A stretch of 64,000 nt of DNA from Rubripirellula sp. (GTDB taxonomy: Bacteria > Planctomycetota > Planctomycetia > Pirellulales > Pirellulaceae), in assembly GCA_965216875.1 (NCBI GenBank), contig OZ244207.1, forward strand, positions 6,976,001-7,040,000, given 5' to 3'. The notes beneath the pieces are model-generated. The model saw only the letters and a program-made list of their open reading frames with translations. It searched no databases and was not told where the DNA came from. The translations under genes and the position numbers were made by a program. Shown piece after piece: positions 26,683-36,074 of the stretch. Position 1 is the first letter of the stretch; the number at the start of each line of letters is the position of its first letter.

Positions 26683-28037
26683 CTCTCATGCCCAAGCATT
26701 GGCAAATCTCTCGTCGCACCGTCTTGCGAGGCCTCGCGGTCGCTGCGCCGCTTCCACTTCTGGAGGTCATGTCACCCTCGAAAGGCACGGCCGCGGACGA
26801 CTCGGATGCACGCACCGTCAGGATGGCCTATCTGTACATTCCCAACGGTGTTGCCGAAGGGGCGTGGCAGCCGAAACAAGTCGACAGCAAAGGCCGTTTG
26901 CAGCAATTGAACCCTTGGATGTCGGATCTTGAACGCTTTCGCGGACAGATCAACATCTTTCGGAATATGTGGACGCCACGTGGCAACGGGCACGGCGCAG
27001 GTACGGCGACTTGGTTGACCGGGGGTGCGTTTCATGGCGAGCGGATTGATGCGGGCGGGCCTTCGGCCGATCAGATCGCCGCCAAGCATTTGGCGAGAGA
27101 AACTCTTTTGCCATCGCTCGAGTTATCGGCACGCGGCGAAGGGATTTTCACGAGCAGTTTGTCGAGAAACGCGATTTCATGGCGAGATCGAATGACGCCG
27201 GTTGCCCGCGATGTCGAGCCACGAGCGGTTTTTGATCGGATGTTTCGTGTTGGCGATGGCGGGCTAAGCAGCAAGCGAGTGGTCGACCTCGTTCTCGACG
27301 ATGCACGTCGCATGCGCAATCGAGTTAGCGATCAAGACAGACGCAAGATTGACGAATACCTCGAGTCGATTGCTGCGGTCGAGCGACGCATCGAGTTTGC
27401 GGGGCGCCAACGCGCACTGGCTAACCAAAACCCCAGGCTTAAACAGGCGATGGTGCGTCCAGGAGAAGGCATTCCCGAGGATCATCAACTCTACATGCAA
27501 ACGATGATCGACATGATGGTTCTTGCCTTTTGGTCGGACGCAACAAGGGTTGCCACTTTCATGATGGATCATGGACAAAGCAATCGTTACTTTGACTTTA
27601 TCGATGGCGTGAAAGGGACATGGCACGCACTTTCACACTGGCAAGACATTTCGGGAAAGACCGAAGACGACGATGGCAAAACATCGTGGTCCTCGCGAGA
27701 CGAAAAACGCGGGATGTACAACCGCGTGACGAAGTGGCACACCAAGCAAGTCGCCTACTTTCTGGATCGATTGTCGTCGATCGAAGAACCAACCGGATCG
27801 CTGCTCGATAACAGCATGGTTGTCTACGGATCAAGCCTTGCCGATGGGCACCAACATTCCGAAGAGAACCTGCCGCTTCTGTTGGCTGGTGGCGGTGGCG
27901 GAACGATTGTTGGCGGACGGTTGCGATCGTCGAAGGGCGCTGCGTCGATGTCCGGTTTGCATCTGGCAATGCTCCGCCGGATGGGTGTGCCGGCGGCACA
28001 GTTCGCCGAAAGCGATTCGCCCGTTTCGCTCGATTGA
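26679..28037 (+). CDS. DUF1552 protein (Tat signal)
   Basis: SRRTVLRG, YIPNG, SADQIAA, PSLEL, PRAVFDRMF, EYLESI, DATRVATF, LLDNSMVVYGS, NLPLLLAG. GTGA overlap with the upstream gene. Confidence 0.92.
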   Translation: MTLMPKHWQISRRTVLRGLAVAAPLPLLEVMSPSKGTAADDSDARTVRMAYLYIPNGVAEGAWQPKQVDSKGRLQQLNPWMSDLERFRGQINIFRNMWTPRGNGHGAGTATWLTGGAFHGERIDAGGPSADQIAAKHLARETLLPSLELSARGEGIFTSSLSRNAISWRDRMTPVARDVEPRAVFDRMFRVGDGGLSSKRVVDLVLDDARRMRNRVSDQDRRKIDEYLESIAAVERRIEFAGRQRALANQNPRLKQAMVRPGEGIPEDHQLYMQTMIDMMVLAFWSDATRVATFMMDHGQSNRYFDFIDGVKGTWHALSHWQDISGKTEDDDGKTSWSSRDEKRGMYNRVTKWHTKQVAYFLDRLSSIEEPTGSLLDNSMVVYGSSLADGHQHSEENLPLLLAGGGGGTIVGGRLRSSKGAASMSGLHLAMLRRMGVPAAQFAESDSPVSLD

Positions 28038-28042
28038 TCGGA

Positions 28043-29422
28043 CTACTTCTTTTTCTTTTTCGGTTGCGAGTGTGGCGGTAGGTTCGTTTCGGGCAACCAT
28101 TGCTTCAAGCCTTCGATGGTGTCGAAGTAGTTCGCATCGCCAGCGAGGTTTTTCCACTCATAGGGATCGGCGATCTCGTCATACAGCTCTTCACTTCCGT
28201 CGGCGTAGCGAATGTAGCGGTACTTTTTGCTGCGAATCGCGTGTCGCATGTAGCCGTGTGTGGTGATCGCAGGGCGTGTCCATTTGGTGTCCGGGTTACG
28301 AAGCAACTTTGCGATGCTGACGCCGTCGCAGTGTTCCGGAGTCGGCAATCCAGTCAGTTCACAAAGTGTCGGGTAGATGCTCATGAAGTCGACCGTTGCG
28401 TCACAGATGACACTCTTGCGTGTGACGCCGGGCGCGACCCACAGCAGCGGTGCTCGCGTTGCTTCTTCCCAAAGTGCAAATTTTCGCCAGTGTTGCTTTT
28501 CGCCAAGATGCCAGCCGTGGTCACCCCACAAGACGATGATCGTGTTGTCGCGATGGGCTGATGATTCCAGTGCATCGAGCAGGCGTCCGAGTTGGCCATC
28601 GGCATAAGTGACGCTCGCCAAGTAGGCCTGGACCGCTTCTTTCCACGCACCCGCCTCGGTGAGGTTTTTGTGATCGCCGTTTGGTTTGGCGGTCTTAACG
28701 CCCTCGGCCGGAATGTCATCGAGGTCGCCTTCGGTGTGTGGTGGCAATTCGATTTCATCAAGCGGGTGCATGTCAAAGTATTTTTTGGGAACCGACCAAG
28801 GCATGTGGGGGCGAAAGATCCCGCACGCCAGAAAGAAGGGCTTGTCGTGAGATTCCCCCAATCGATCGATGCAATACGAGACGGTTTGGTAGTCAGCGAC
28901 CGCGTCGTCGTCTCCCTTGAGCTGTGCCCAGCGGATACCGCCAATGTCTTTGTTGACGTAGGCGCCTTTGCTGTTCGTCTTTTTGCGTTTCGCGTAGTCG
29001 TCCCATTCGTCACGGCGACCGAACGAACCGTGATAGATCTTGCCGGCGCCCATCACACGGTAGCCGTTGGCGCGGAAGTGTGAATTGAGTGTTTGGTCGC
29101 TGCGAATGTGAGGGCGATAGTCGTCGGGGTTGTGATAAACGCCCGTTGTTGACGGTCGCATGCCACCCATCAATGCGGCCCGCGAGGGATTGCATGCCGG
29201 CGCGGCACAATAGGCATGCGAAAAACTGACGCCCATGCCCGCCAACCGATCCAAGTGTGGAGTGATGGTTTGTTTGTTTCGCTCAAGATGGCCAATCCAA
29301 TGATTCAGATCATCAACGGCAATGAACAGGACGTTTGGACGAGTGTCCGTTTTTGCATCTTGGGCAAACAAGTGTGGTGTTGCAACCAACACAAACAGCG
29401 CGGCAACAAAGTGGCGGGGCAT
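28043..29422 (-). CDS. S1-family sulfatase (iduronate-2-/choline-sulfatase-like)
   Basis: PNVLFIAVDDL, CNPSR (CxPxR), GKIYH, FRPHMPW, WGDHGWHLGEK; signal peptide. Confidence 0.93.
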   Translation of the reverse strand: MPRHFVAALFVLVATPHLFAQDAKTDTRPNVLFIAVDDLNHWIGHLERNKQTITPHLDRLAGMGVSFSHAYCAAPACNPSRAALMGGMRPSTTGVYHNPDDYRPHIRSDQTLNSHFRANGYRVMGAGKIYHGSFGRRDEWDDYAKRKKTNSKGAYVNKDIGGIRWAQLKGDDDAVADYQTVSYCIDRLGESHDKPFFLACGIFRPHMPWSVPKKYFDMHPLDEIELPPHTEGDLDDIPAEGVKTAKPNGDHKNLTEAGAWKEAVQAYLASVTYADGQLGRLLDALESSAHRDNTIIVLWGDHGWHLGEKQHWRKFALWEEATRAPLLWVAPGVTRKSVICDATVDFMSIYPTLCELTGLPTPEHCDGVSIAKLLRNPDTKWTRPAITTHGYMRHAIRSKKYRYIRYADGSEELYDEIADPYEWKNLAGDANYFDTIEGLKQWLPETNLPPHSQPKKKKK

Positions 29423-29510
29423 CGTAGCTCTCGTGAGTGGGCACGCCGATCGGCACGCCTGGGAGGTGATGTGGTGGCAGCGACTCGCATGCAGAGCCGT
29501 CTGAAATCAC

Positions 29511-30497
29511 CTATCGTAACTCGTCCGAGTCGATCGTGGGTGGCAACTGCTGAAGTGAAGAAGAGTCGCCGATTGGAACGCTGTTGATGGGATCCTCGAT
29601 GATCGCATCGTTGATGAGCGGGCGAATGCTTTGCGGCCCTGTGTTGGTTGATTCGGGCGGCGGAATGGGCAACGTTTCCGCATCGCCAGGATCCTGCTGC
29701 GGTGGTTGTAATTCGCCGGGATTGGCGGGGATGCCGGGATTGGCAGGGACTTCGGTTCTCTTGAAACTCCCCGTCGCGGAACCTTCGATCGGCGTCAGTT
29801 CGATGATGCTGTTTCGCAGTTGAGTTTCCGCATCCTCTTCTTGATTCTCTTTGTCGCGAGCATTGAACTCGGGTGGATCGGGTCCGCGGTCAAGCGTTGG
29901 GTTCAAGTTCAACGCAAGTTGGCGATCAGCCCATCGCCGCCAATCATCACGGGTTTCGATCAGAATCAAGTCTTGAAGTTGAGTGACGAGAGTTGGATCG
30001 TTTTCGCCAAGTCGGATCCGCAGCCGAACGAGGTTGCCCAAGAAGCTTGGGTTGGCCGGATCCATCTCTACGGCTTGGGAGTAGAGGTCGAGTGCTTCGA
30101 AGGATCGCCCCGCCGATTCAAGCGTGAGCGCCATGTTGTAGTAGACCGCCGGATCTTGTGGCATCAGATCCATAGCTTGCTCGAAAGCGAGCGCTGCTTG
30201 ATAGAGATTGCCTTCTTCAAAGTGCAGCAAGCCAAGATTGTTGTGTGCCGGACCGTAGGTGGAATCGGCATGGACCGCTGCCATGAACTTGTCCGTTGCC
30301 CCTTCGATGTTTCCGTGATGCAGCGCTTTGACACCTTTCAGGGTCAAACGTGCCGCCTCGGCAGGGTTTTGGCGAGTCTGGATGCGGATGATCGATTCGT
30401 TGGACCGCCGTAGCAGGGCGCAGCCGGGAGCGGTCACCAGTGCGATGGCGATCGCAAGGCAAAGTGGCAAGCTCGATAGAGTGCGTGCTCGCGTCAT
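29511..30497 (-). CDS. TPR lipoprotein at the end of the T2SS operon (possible pilotin)
   Basis: Lipobox-like APGC; TPRs (AHNNLGLLHF, VYYNMALTL); Pro/acidic disordered tail. Confidence 0.75.
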   Translation of the reverse strand: MTRARTLSSLPLCLAIAIALVTAPGCALLRRSNESIIRIQTRQNPAEAARLTLKGVKALHHGNIEGATDKFMAAVHADSTYGPAHNNLGLLHFEEGNLYQAALAFEQAMDLMPQDPAVYYNMALTLESAGRSFEALDLYSQAVEMDPANPSFLGNLVRLRIRLGENDPTLVTQLQDLILIETRDDWRRWADRQLALNLNPTLDRGPDPPEFNARDKENQEEDAETQLRNSIIELTPIEGSATGSFKRTEVPANPGIPANPGELQPPQQDPGDAETLPIPPPESTNTGPQSIRPLINDAIIEDPINSVPIGDSSSLQQLPPTIDSDELR

Positions 30498-30590
30498 CCG
30501 TGAAGCGTGGCAGGACTCGTTGAAATCTTTGGTTCCCAGACCGACCTGCGCACGAATTGCGCACTGGGGGCATATTGGGAGCGACAGTAG

Positions 30591-31133
30591 TTACCGGCTT
30601 TTCGGTGAAAAGATCATTTGGGTCAAGACCAACTGGCTTTCCCATTTTTCCTGCCTGCCCCCGGCGCCGCCATTTCTCGGTTCATTCAGCGTGATATCGC
30701 GAATGACCGTGCTCGTTTCTTCATCGTGCAGGGCAACGCAGAAGGCATAGATTTGCGGCAGCGACGCGGCGGAGAGGTCGATATCGGTCGAGCGGACTTC
30801 GAAATCGCTGCGCTCGATTCGTTTCGGCTCCTGCGGCTGAGTCTTCAAAAGGCTTGCTTGAGGTAGCCCCGCCTTCTGTCTGGCCAGGTCGACGCGGTTG
30901 GTGATTTCGGCGGGCGACTCAAGTTGCAGCGCGGCCACCTTGGGACCGGTTTGCAATCGCTTGATGTCGTCGAGTTTGCGTGAAACTTCGGCCAGATCAT
31001 CCTGGGCAAGTTGAAGCCGCTGGGCTGCCGACTGAGAGTCCATGACGCCGAGCACGGCATAGACGGCAAGCACACAGAGAGCGAGTCCGACAAGTCGACG
31101 TCTTCGTTTGGCATCGGCTGCAGAGGAACTCAT
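30591..31133 (-). CDS. gspM: GspM/PilO-like inner-membrane platform protein
   Basis: Basic N-terminus, single TM, coiled coil, ferredoxin-like alternation; lies after the GspL-like gene. Confidence 0.55.
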   Translation of the reverse strand: MSSSAADAKRRRRLVGLALCVLAVYAVLGVMDSQSAAQRLQLAQDDLAEVSRKLDDIKRLQTGPKVAALQLESPAEITNRVDLARQKAGLPQASLLKTQPQEPKRIERSDFEVRSTDIDLSAASLPQIYAFCVALHDEETSTVIRDITLNEPRNGGAGGRQEKWESQLVLTQMIFSPKSR

Positions 31134-32518
31134 CGCGCCACCTCCGCATTTGCGTTGCTGCGAAGTGAAACGTTTGTCGTTGTCTCGGTACTCAAACCGA
31201 TCCAGGTTGCTTCGAGCACTGATTCGTAGGTACGAGCGTCTTTTTGAGTTGTCCCGGGCGGTTTGACCTCGAAACCAGAGCTGGCCAACGCGTCGGCCAT
31301 CGTTCCAGCATCGACCGGGTTTCGCACTTCGAGATCGACGTCGACTTGTCCATCATTGATTTGAATCCGTGTGATCCGGAATCGGACATCATTCGGCAGC
31401 GCCGCGAGCAGCGCTTGTAGCACGTCCGGTGCCGCAGTCGGCGCGTCGATGGTGGATGTTTCGGTACTCGATCCAAGGACCTTTGCATGTTCGCTACGCA
31501 CACGTCGCAAGATCGCACCGGGGACGCGAGCCTTCGGAAAGGCTTCTTCGAAAAGTTCGCGTTGTTGCGTTCGAAGGCCATCAATCTGACTTTCGATTCG
31601 CTTGGTACGCCACCAACTGCCGACCGCAACGGTAAGTAGCAAGATCGCTGCGGCCACGCCAACGCTGCGAAGCGGGGTTTGGATGGCGCGAAGCGGGTCG
31701 GTGGGGCCGAGTGCATCGCGGCGCAAGTTGAACCAACGCCCCGATTGTCCCAGCAACAGTCCTGCGCCGTCGACCGCGAGCGCCGCCGAATTGCCGCCCA
31801 TCATGACCGCCGAGGGATAGGTTGCGGCGATAAGTGCGCCCGATTGATCGTTTGTTCCTGCGACGACGACTTCGTCACTATTTTGGCCATCAAGCAACTT
31901 GTGACGCTCGAGCTTGGCTGCATCAAGATGGAAGTGTTTCCACTGGGCAACGGTGTTTTGTCGAAGGTCAATGGCGTCGCACTGGTCACCATCGACGAGC
32001 AACAGTTGAACGTCGTCAGCAAGCTTGGTCGATTCGGAAAGGGCTCGCGTCATCAGGATGGCACGAGGCACGATTGTTCGCACCGAGATGCCAACCGATT
32101 CGAGTTCCTCGGCGATCTGTTGCCAACGTTCGGTGGTGATGGCGATGCCAGAGACGCGCCGTTGGCCATCGTCGGTCGGAACGATCGCAAAGTCGGCCAC
32201 CATCGCTTCGGCATCGATCGGTAGATGGTCTTCCAATTCGTACGTTAGCGCGGCGCGATCCAGTGTTCGTGTGAGTGCTTTGCCCGAGCTGGGTTCATCC
32301 ACCGACGGATCGCCGGAAAGTGAGGCAAAGTAGCAAGAGGTCGAATCGGGCGCAAGGATCGCCTGCGGGTTCTTGATCCCCGCAAGCTTGGACATCAGAT
32401 CGGCGCAGACTGCGATCTCGGTCGGTGAGACATTCGACGCGAGGTGTTCGACTTGGTCACCGATGACGATCAACCATTCATTCGGGCGCTGGATGATGGC
32501 GCAACCATTGATGTTCAC
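31130..32518 (-). CDS. gspL: GspL-like protein
   Basis: Cytoplasmic domain with YELEDHLPID, FNLRR before a TM helix, periplasmic LFEEAFP domain. Confidence 0.65.
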   Translation of the reverse strand: MNINGCAIIQRPNEWLIVIGDQVEHLASNVSPTEIAVCADLMSKLAGIKNPQAILAPDSTSCYFASLSGDPSVDEPSSGKALTRTLDRAALTYELEDHLPIDAEAMVADFAIVPTDDGQRRVSGIAITTERWQQIAEELESVGISVRTIVPRAILMTRALSESTKLADDVQLLLVDGDQCDAIDLRQNTVAQWKHFHLDAAKLERHKLLDGQNSDEVVVAGTNDQSGALIAATYPSAVMMGGNSAALAVDGAGLLLGQSGRWFNLRRDALGPTDPLRAIQTPLRSVGVAAAILLLTVAVGSWWRTKRIESQIDGLRTQQRELFEEAFPKARVPGAILRRVRSEHAKVLGSSTETSTIDAPTAAPDVLQALLAALPNDVRFRITRIQINDGQVDVDLEVRNPVDAGTMADALASSGFEVKPPGTTQKDARTYESVLEATWIGLSTETTTNVSLRSNANAEVAR

Positions 32519-33078
32519 GGGATGCGCCTCCCCTTGTTTCGCCGATTGTTGTTCGGCTTGTTTCCGCGATTGGCGGCCTCTTTGCTCAGCCGGATCGTGG
32601 TCTGATCGCCGTCGTAGTCGACAACGATTTTTTCGGAACCAATCGTCGAGATTTCCACTCCGGTCGGTTCCAATTCGAGCGATTCACCGACTCCCTTGAT
32701 GTCGAACTTTCCCGATTCATCCGAGACGATCGCCAGGCTCTGTGGGCCGTTGATGATGGTTCCGACGAGAGTGAGCTTGAGTTTCGGTTTTGGTGGCGGA
32801 GCTTGAACTCGGGGTTGGACCACGACCGGCTTGGGAGGGGTCGTTTGTTTCGGCGCGTCGTAAAGAGGACCACGCAACTTCGTCGCGAGAGTCGGTGCGT
32901 CTATCGCATCATTGCGGGCCGAGTCCTTGGCCCCGTTGCCAATCGCCGATGGGCCCATTGGTCGAGGTCGGGTCGACACCGTAACATCCGCCGTTGCCCA
33001 GTAGCCGGCGCCGCACGTGCCTAGGACAAGGCACGCGGCGAGCACGTAGAGCAGTCGTTGTTGCGTTGAGATGTCCAT
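32515..33078 (-). CDS. GspC/PilP-like protein
   Basis: N-terminal TM, Pro-rich linker, LTLVGTI...AIV...VGESL HR-like motif. Confidence 0.55.
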   Translation of the reverse strand: MDISTQQRLLYVLAACLVLGTCGAGYWATADVTVSTRPRPMGPSAIGNGAKDSARNDAIDAPTLATKLRGPLYDAPKQTTPPKPVVVQPRVQAPPPKPKLKLTLVGTIINGPQSLAIVSDESGKFDIKGVGESLELEPTGVEISTIGSEKIVVDYDGDQTTIRLSKEAANRGNKPNNNRRNKGRRIP

Positions 33079-33101
33079 CGATGATCGACTGGCTGAGTGA
33101 C

Positions 33102-34064
33102 CTATCGCGAGAATTTTTGGTAACGAGTGACGCCTTCATCGTCCATGCTCATGACAACCCATTCTTGGTTGTCATTGCCGTTGGCTGTCGAAGCATGAAT
33201 CCAAAGCGAAAAGTTGGTGCTCGATTGCGACAACAGGCTTCGCAATCGGTCGCGATCTGGTTTCGATTTGACTTCCGTTTCGATCAAGATACCAAGCGAG
33301 GAGGTTGGGTTTTCGCGGTATCGTTCCAGCATCCGCCGAGCCCCTCCATCTTGAATCACCGTGCCGACAACTGCCAGGATCGCTTCGTCTGAAGCTCGTT
33401 GAAAGTTCAGCTGACCGCTACCCCAGCAGGTGATGCCGGTTGTAACGTTTGGCAGGGCCGCCTCGCTGCCGAGAGAGAACTCAAGCGTTGGCAGATCAAA
33501 GACCTCGCCCCAACTTCGAAACGCATCCGGGACGGCCGTTTCCGTGTCGGGATCGTCGACGCTGGTCAAACGGCTTGATTGGCGGGCGAGCATCATCGGT
33601 TTGACGGCCGGCATGAGTCGGATGGTTCGTGCCAGCTGTGGTCCGCCCACCTTCGAGATCGCCCGTTCCGCCTCCATCTGTCCGCCAAAATGGAAGACCG
33701 AATTCAGATTCAACTTGGCGTCTTCGTCACCGAGTAGCAGATCAAACGTGACGCCGCCTAACGTCAACGCGTCGCGGCGGAAACTCGGCGGAGGCGCGCC
33801 TGGATCACGCTCACGGTACGTTTCTTCGAGTTGCTCGAATACTTTCGGGGCACGACTGAGCACTGTTTTCTGAAGTGTCAACGTTCCCCATCGTTGCTGA
33901 AGGGACCGCTCCGCGTCGGCGGCGGCAAGCGCGCGACGTAGACTCACTCGTGAGAGCGTTCCGAGAACCGTAACGACCAGTACCGAGACCGCCAACACGA
34001 CCATCAGGACGTAGCCTTTGCGGTGACGGGCATCACGACAGAGTTTGTCTTGGCTAACCAGCAT
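33102..34064 (-). CDS. gspK: GspK-like minor pseudopilin
   Basis: RKG|YVLMVVL (no Glu+5), DEDAKLNLN, GQLNFQRAS. Confidence 0.7.
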   Translation of the reverse strand: MLVSQDKLCRDARHRKGYVLMVVLAVSVLVVTVLGTLSRVSLRRALAAADAERSLQQRWGTLTLQKTVLSRAPKVFEQLEETYRERDPGAPPPSFRRDALTLGGVTFDLLLGDEDAKLNLNSVFHFGGQMEAERAISKVGGPQLARTIRLMPAVKPMMLARQSSRLTSVDDPDTETAVPDAFRSWGEVFDLPTLEFSLGSEAALPNVTTGITCWGSGQLNFQRASDEAILAVVGTVIQDGGARRMLERYRENPTSSLGILIETEVKSKPDRDRLRSLLSQSSTNFSLWIHASTANGNDNQEWVVMSMDDEGVTRYQKFSR

Positions 34065-34617
34065 GATGATGAATCACCTCACGCCAGAGAACTTGGCCCG
34101 TGTCAGAAAAGAGCGTTACGCGAAAGCTGCCAGGACACGCAGGCAGGCCGCCCGCAGTGGGCTGGACCAGCAATGCGTTTTCGGAGTCGCCCTCTTCAAG
34201 TGGTTCGACTTGCAAAGCACCAAAGCCAACCCAAACGGCTTCGCGCGACACGTTTCCGTTTTGGGTGTGCGTCCGCACTAATAAATTGCGTTTGGGATTG
34301 TCGCCAGGTCGACCACCAGCGCCATACTGCACGCGGCCGATTCGATAGGTGGGCGTGTCGCCCGCTTCCTCGAGAAAACCATGCAAGGTCACGCCGCCCG
34401 GTTGGATGGCCATGCCGCGAGCGTTGACAAAATCTCGACGCATCAGATCGGCGAGCTGCGTGACGGGCCACCGCGTGACTTCGTCCTTTTGTAATTGCTT
34501 TGACTCACGCACCGATGTCCACACGACACTCATCAATGCCGCCATCATCATCGCGGTCAGCACGGCCGATGCCAGTAACTCGATAAGCGTGAAGCCTCGG
34601 TTCGGGCGACGTTTCAT
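34054..34617 (-). CDS. gspJ: Minor pseudopilin (GspJ-like)
   Basis: RG|FTLIELLAS..., LMRRDF; position in the operon. Confidence 0.65.
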   Translation of the reverse strand: MKRRPNRGFTLIELLASAVLTAMMMAALMSVVWTSVRESKQLQKDEVTRWPVTQLADLMRRDFVNARGMAIQPGGVTLHGFLEEAGDTPTYRIGRVQYGAGGRPGDNPKRNLLVRTHTQNGNVSREAVWVGFGALQVEPLEEGDSENALLVQPTAGGLPACPGSFRVTLFSDTGQVLWREVIHHHAG

Positions 34618-35153
34618 CGTGGACCTCCCACTAGCGGAGGTCGTTTGACGACATTCACCGTTGCGTGAACTTTGTGTTCACGCGCGGGAGTGATTTCGAT
34701 GATCTGAAACCGCACCACATCCAGGGCCACGCCGGCGGGCGTGGCGGTCCCCACGGGAATTGTTTCCCAATACCAAGTCGGATGGCTGGGGATTTCGCCG
34801 GTCGCTTTCAAGGGGATGCCGTCGCGACTATTGATCAGTCGGCTCAGCACGTCATCGGCAACGGAGACTGCGGCGACCTTTTTGTCCGCAGCAAGCAGTT
34901 GATGGCGATGAGCCGAAAAGGCCAGCATCGAACCGACCAAAACGCTCGCCATCAGCGCTAACCCCACGACGACTTCGATTAGCGTAAAGCCATCACGTGA
35001 TGTTGGGCGAGATCGACTGAAACTCTTCAAGGATGGCGTTCGTTCTTTGTTCGTAGTACCGAGCTTTAGCCGGTCTTTTGGCGTTCTTCCGCCTAAAGGC
35101 GGTACTACAAACGATGCTGCAAGCTTGTAAGTTTTACAGTTCAAGGATGGCAT
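34614..35153 (-). CDS. gspI: Minor pseudopilin (GspI-like) with a REP-derived extended leader
   Basis: DG|FTLIEVVVGLAL; ATG at 35153 overlaps the end of the gspH-like gene. Confidence 0.6.
   Translation of the reverse strand: MPSLNCKTYKLAASFVVPPLGGRTPKDRLKLGTTNKERTPSLKSFSRSRPTSRDGFTLIEVVVGLALMASVLVGSMLAFSAHRHQLLAADKKVAAVSVADDVLSRLINSRDGIPLKATGEIPSHPTWYWETIPVGTATPAGVALDVVRFQIIEITPAREHKVHATVNVVKRPPLVGGPR
35049..35112. repeat. GTAGTACC-family REP doublet inside a 114-bp segment bounded by a 12-bp direct repeat
   Basis: GTTCGTAGTACCGAGCTTTAGCCGG (identical to 55759-55783) ... CCGCCTAAAGGCGGTACTACAAAC. TTCAAGGATGGC at 35026 and 35140. Confidence 0.85.
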
Positions 35154-35631
35154 CAACCTCTCCTTGATTTGCAACGGGAACGACTTGCCCGCTTCGTCCA
35201 ACGATCACAAGCCACTGGCTTACGTCGCCTCTTTCGAATCGCACTGCGTAGGTTGGAGTGTTGCCCTGTTTTCCGACGGCAAATTCGACCTTCGACCCGC
35301 GCTGGACGCCACGCGGCGATCGAACTTCGGCAATCGTCACTTGGCTAGGTAGCTTGTAGGTGGCTTCGTTGCGCCGCGCTGCCACCGTCAACTTTCCACG
35401 ATTCTTATCAATCGTGACGGTGGCATTGCCAAGGCGCATCGCATCGCGGCGGGCGCGCGCGTCAAACATCTGAAACGTTTCGACGGCACGGGTAAGCTGT
35501 CGCCGCTGAACATTGCCGCGAAGTGAGAAGATAACGATCGATGCGAGTAGACCGAGGACGATCATCACGACGACCAATTCGATCAACGTGAATCCGCGAC
35601 GACGGTTGGATCGCATCGGAAGCAACATCAA
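35134..35631 (-). CDS. gspH: Minor pseudopilin (GspH/FimT-like)
   Basis: RRG|FTLIELVVVMIVLGLLA, ARRDAM; follows gspG. Confidence 0.7.
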   Translation of the reverse strand: MMLLPMRSNRRRGFTLIELVVVMIVLGLLASIVIFSLRGNVQRRQLTRAVETFQMFDARARRDAMRLGNATVTIDKNRGKLTVAARRNEATYKLPSQVTIAEVRSPRGVQRGSKVEFAVGKQGNTPTYAVRFERGDVSQWLVIVGRSGQVVPVANQGEVDAILEL

Positions 35632-36074
35632 GAGTCCAGCGATTCGCTCGAGTGATCTTGGTCTTCGCCCTCGCCCCCTTCACGTCCATCGGCACCGAGC
35701 GAAATCACCTCGTAAGGTTCATTGCTTCCAGGGCTGACGTACTCGTAAGGGTTCTTCCAAGGGTCGATGGGGACTTTGGGCAAGAATCCGTCGGGCCAGC
35801 TTGGCGTTCCTTCGAGCAAGATTTCGAGTCCTTCGTCGGTGGTGGGGTAGCGACCTTGATCGGAATAAAACGTTTCGATCGCTTTGACAATTTCGGCGAT
35901 TTGCGTTTTGGCCGTTTGTTGTCGCGATGAAATCAAGTAGCCGCGGGTGCGGACGGCGACCAACCCGGCAAGCATGCCAAGAATGACCATCACCACGATC
36001 AACTCGACCAACGAAAAGCCGCGTTGGCGATTCCGTCGACGGTTTGAACGGCGAAGAGGTGATTTACATGACAT
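35628..36074 (-). CDS. gspG: Major pseudopilin GspG
   Basis: RG|FSLVELIVVMVILGMLAG, GRYPTTDEGLEIL, PIDPWKNPYEY, SLGADGREGGEGED. Confidence 0.92.
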   Translation of the reverse strand: MSCKSPLRRSNRRRNRQRGFSLVELIVVMVILGMLAGLVAVRTRGYLISSRQQTAKTQIAEIVKAIETFYSDQGRYPTTDEGLEILLEGTPSWPDGFLPKVPIDPWKNPYEYVSPGSNEPYEVISLGADGREGGEGEDQDHSSESLDS

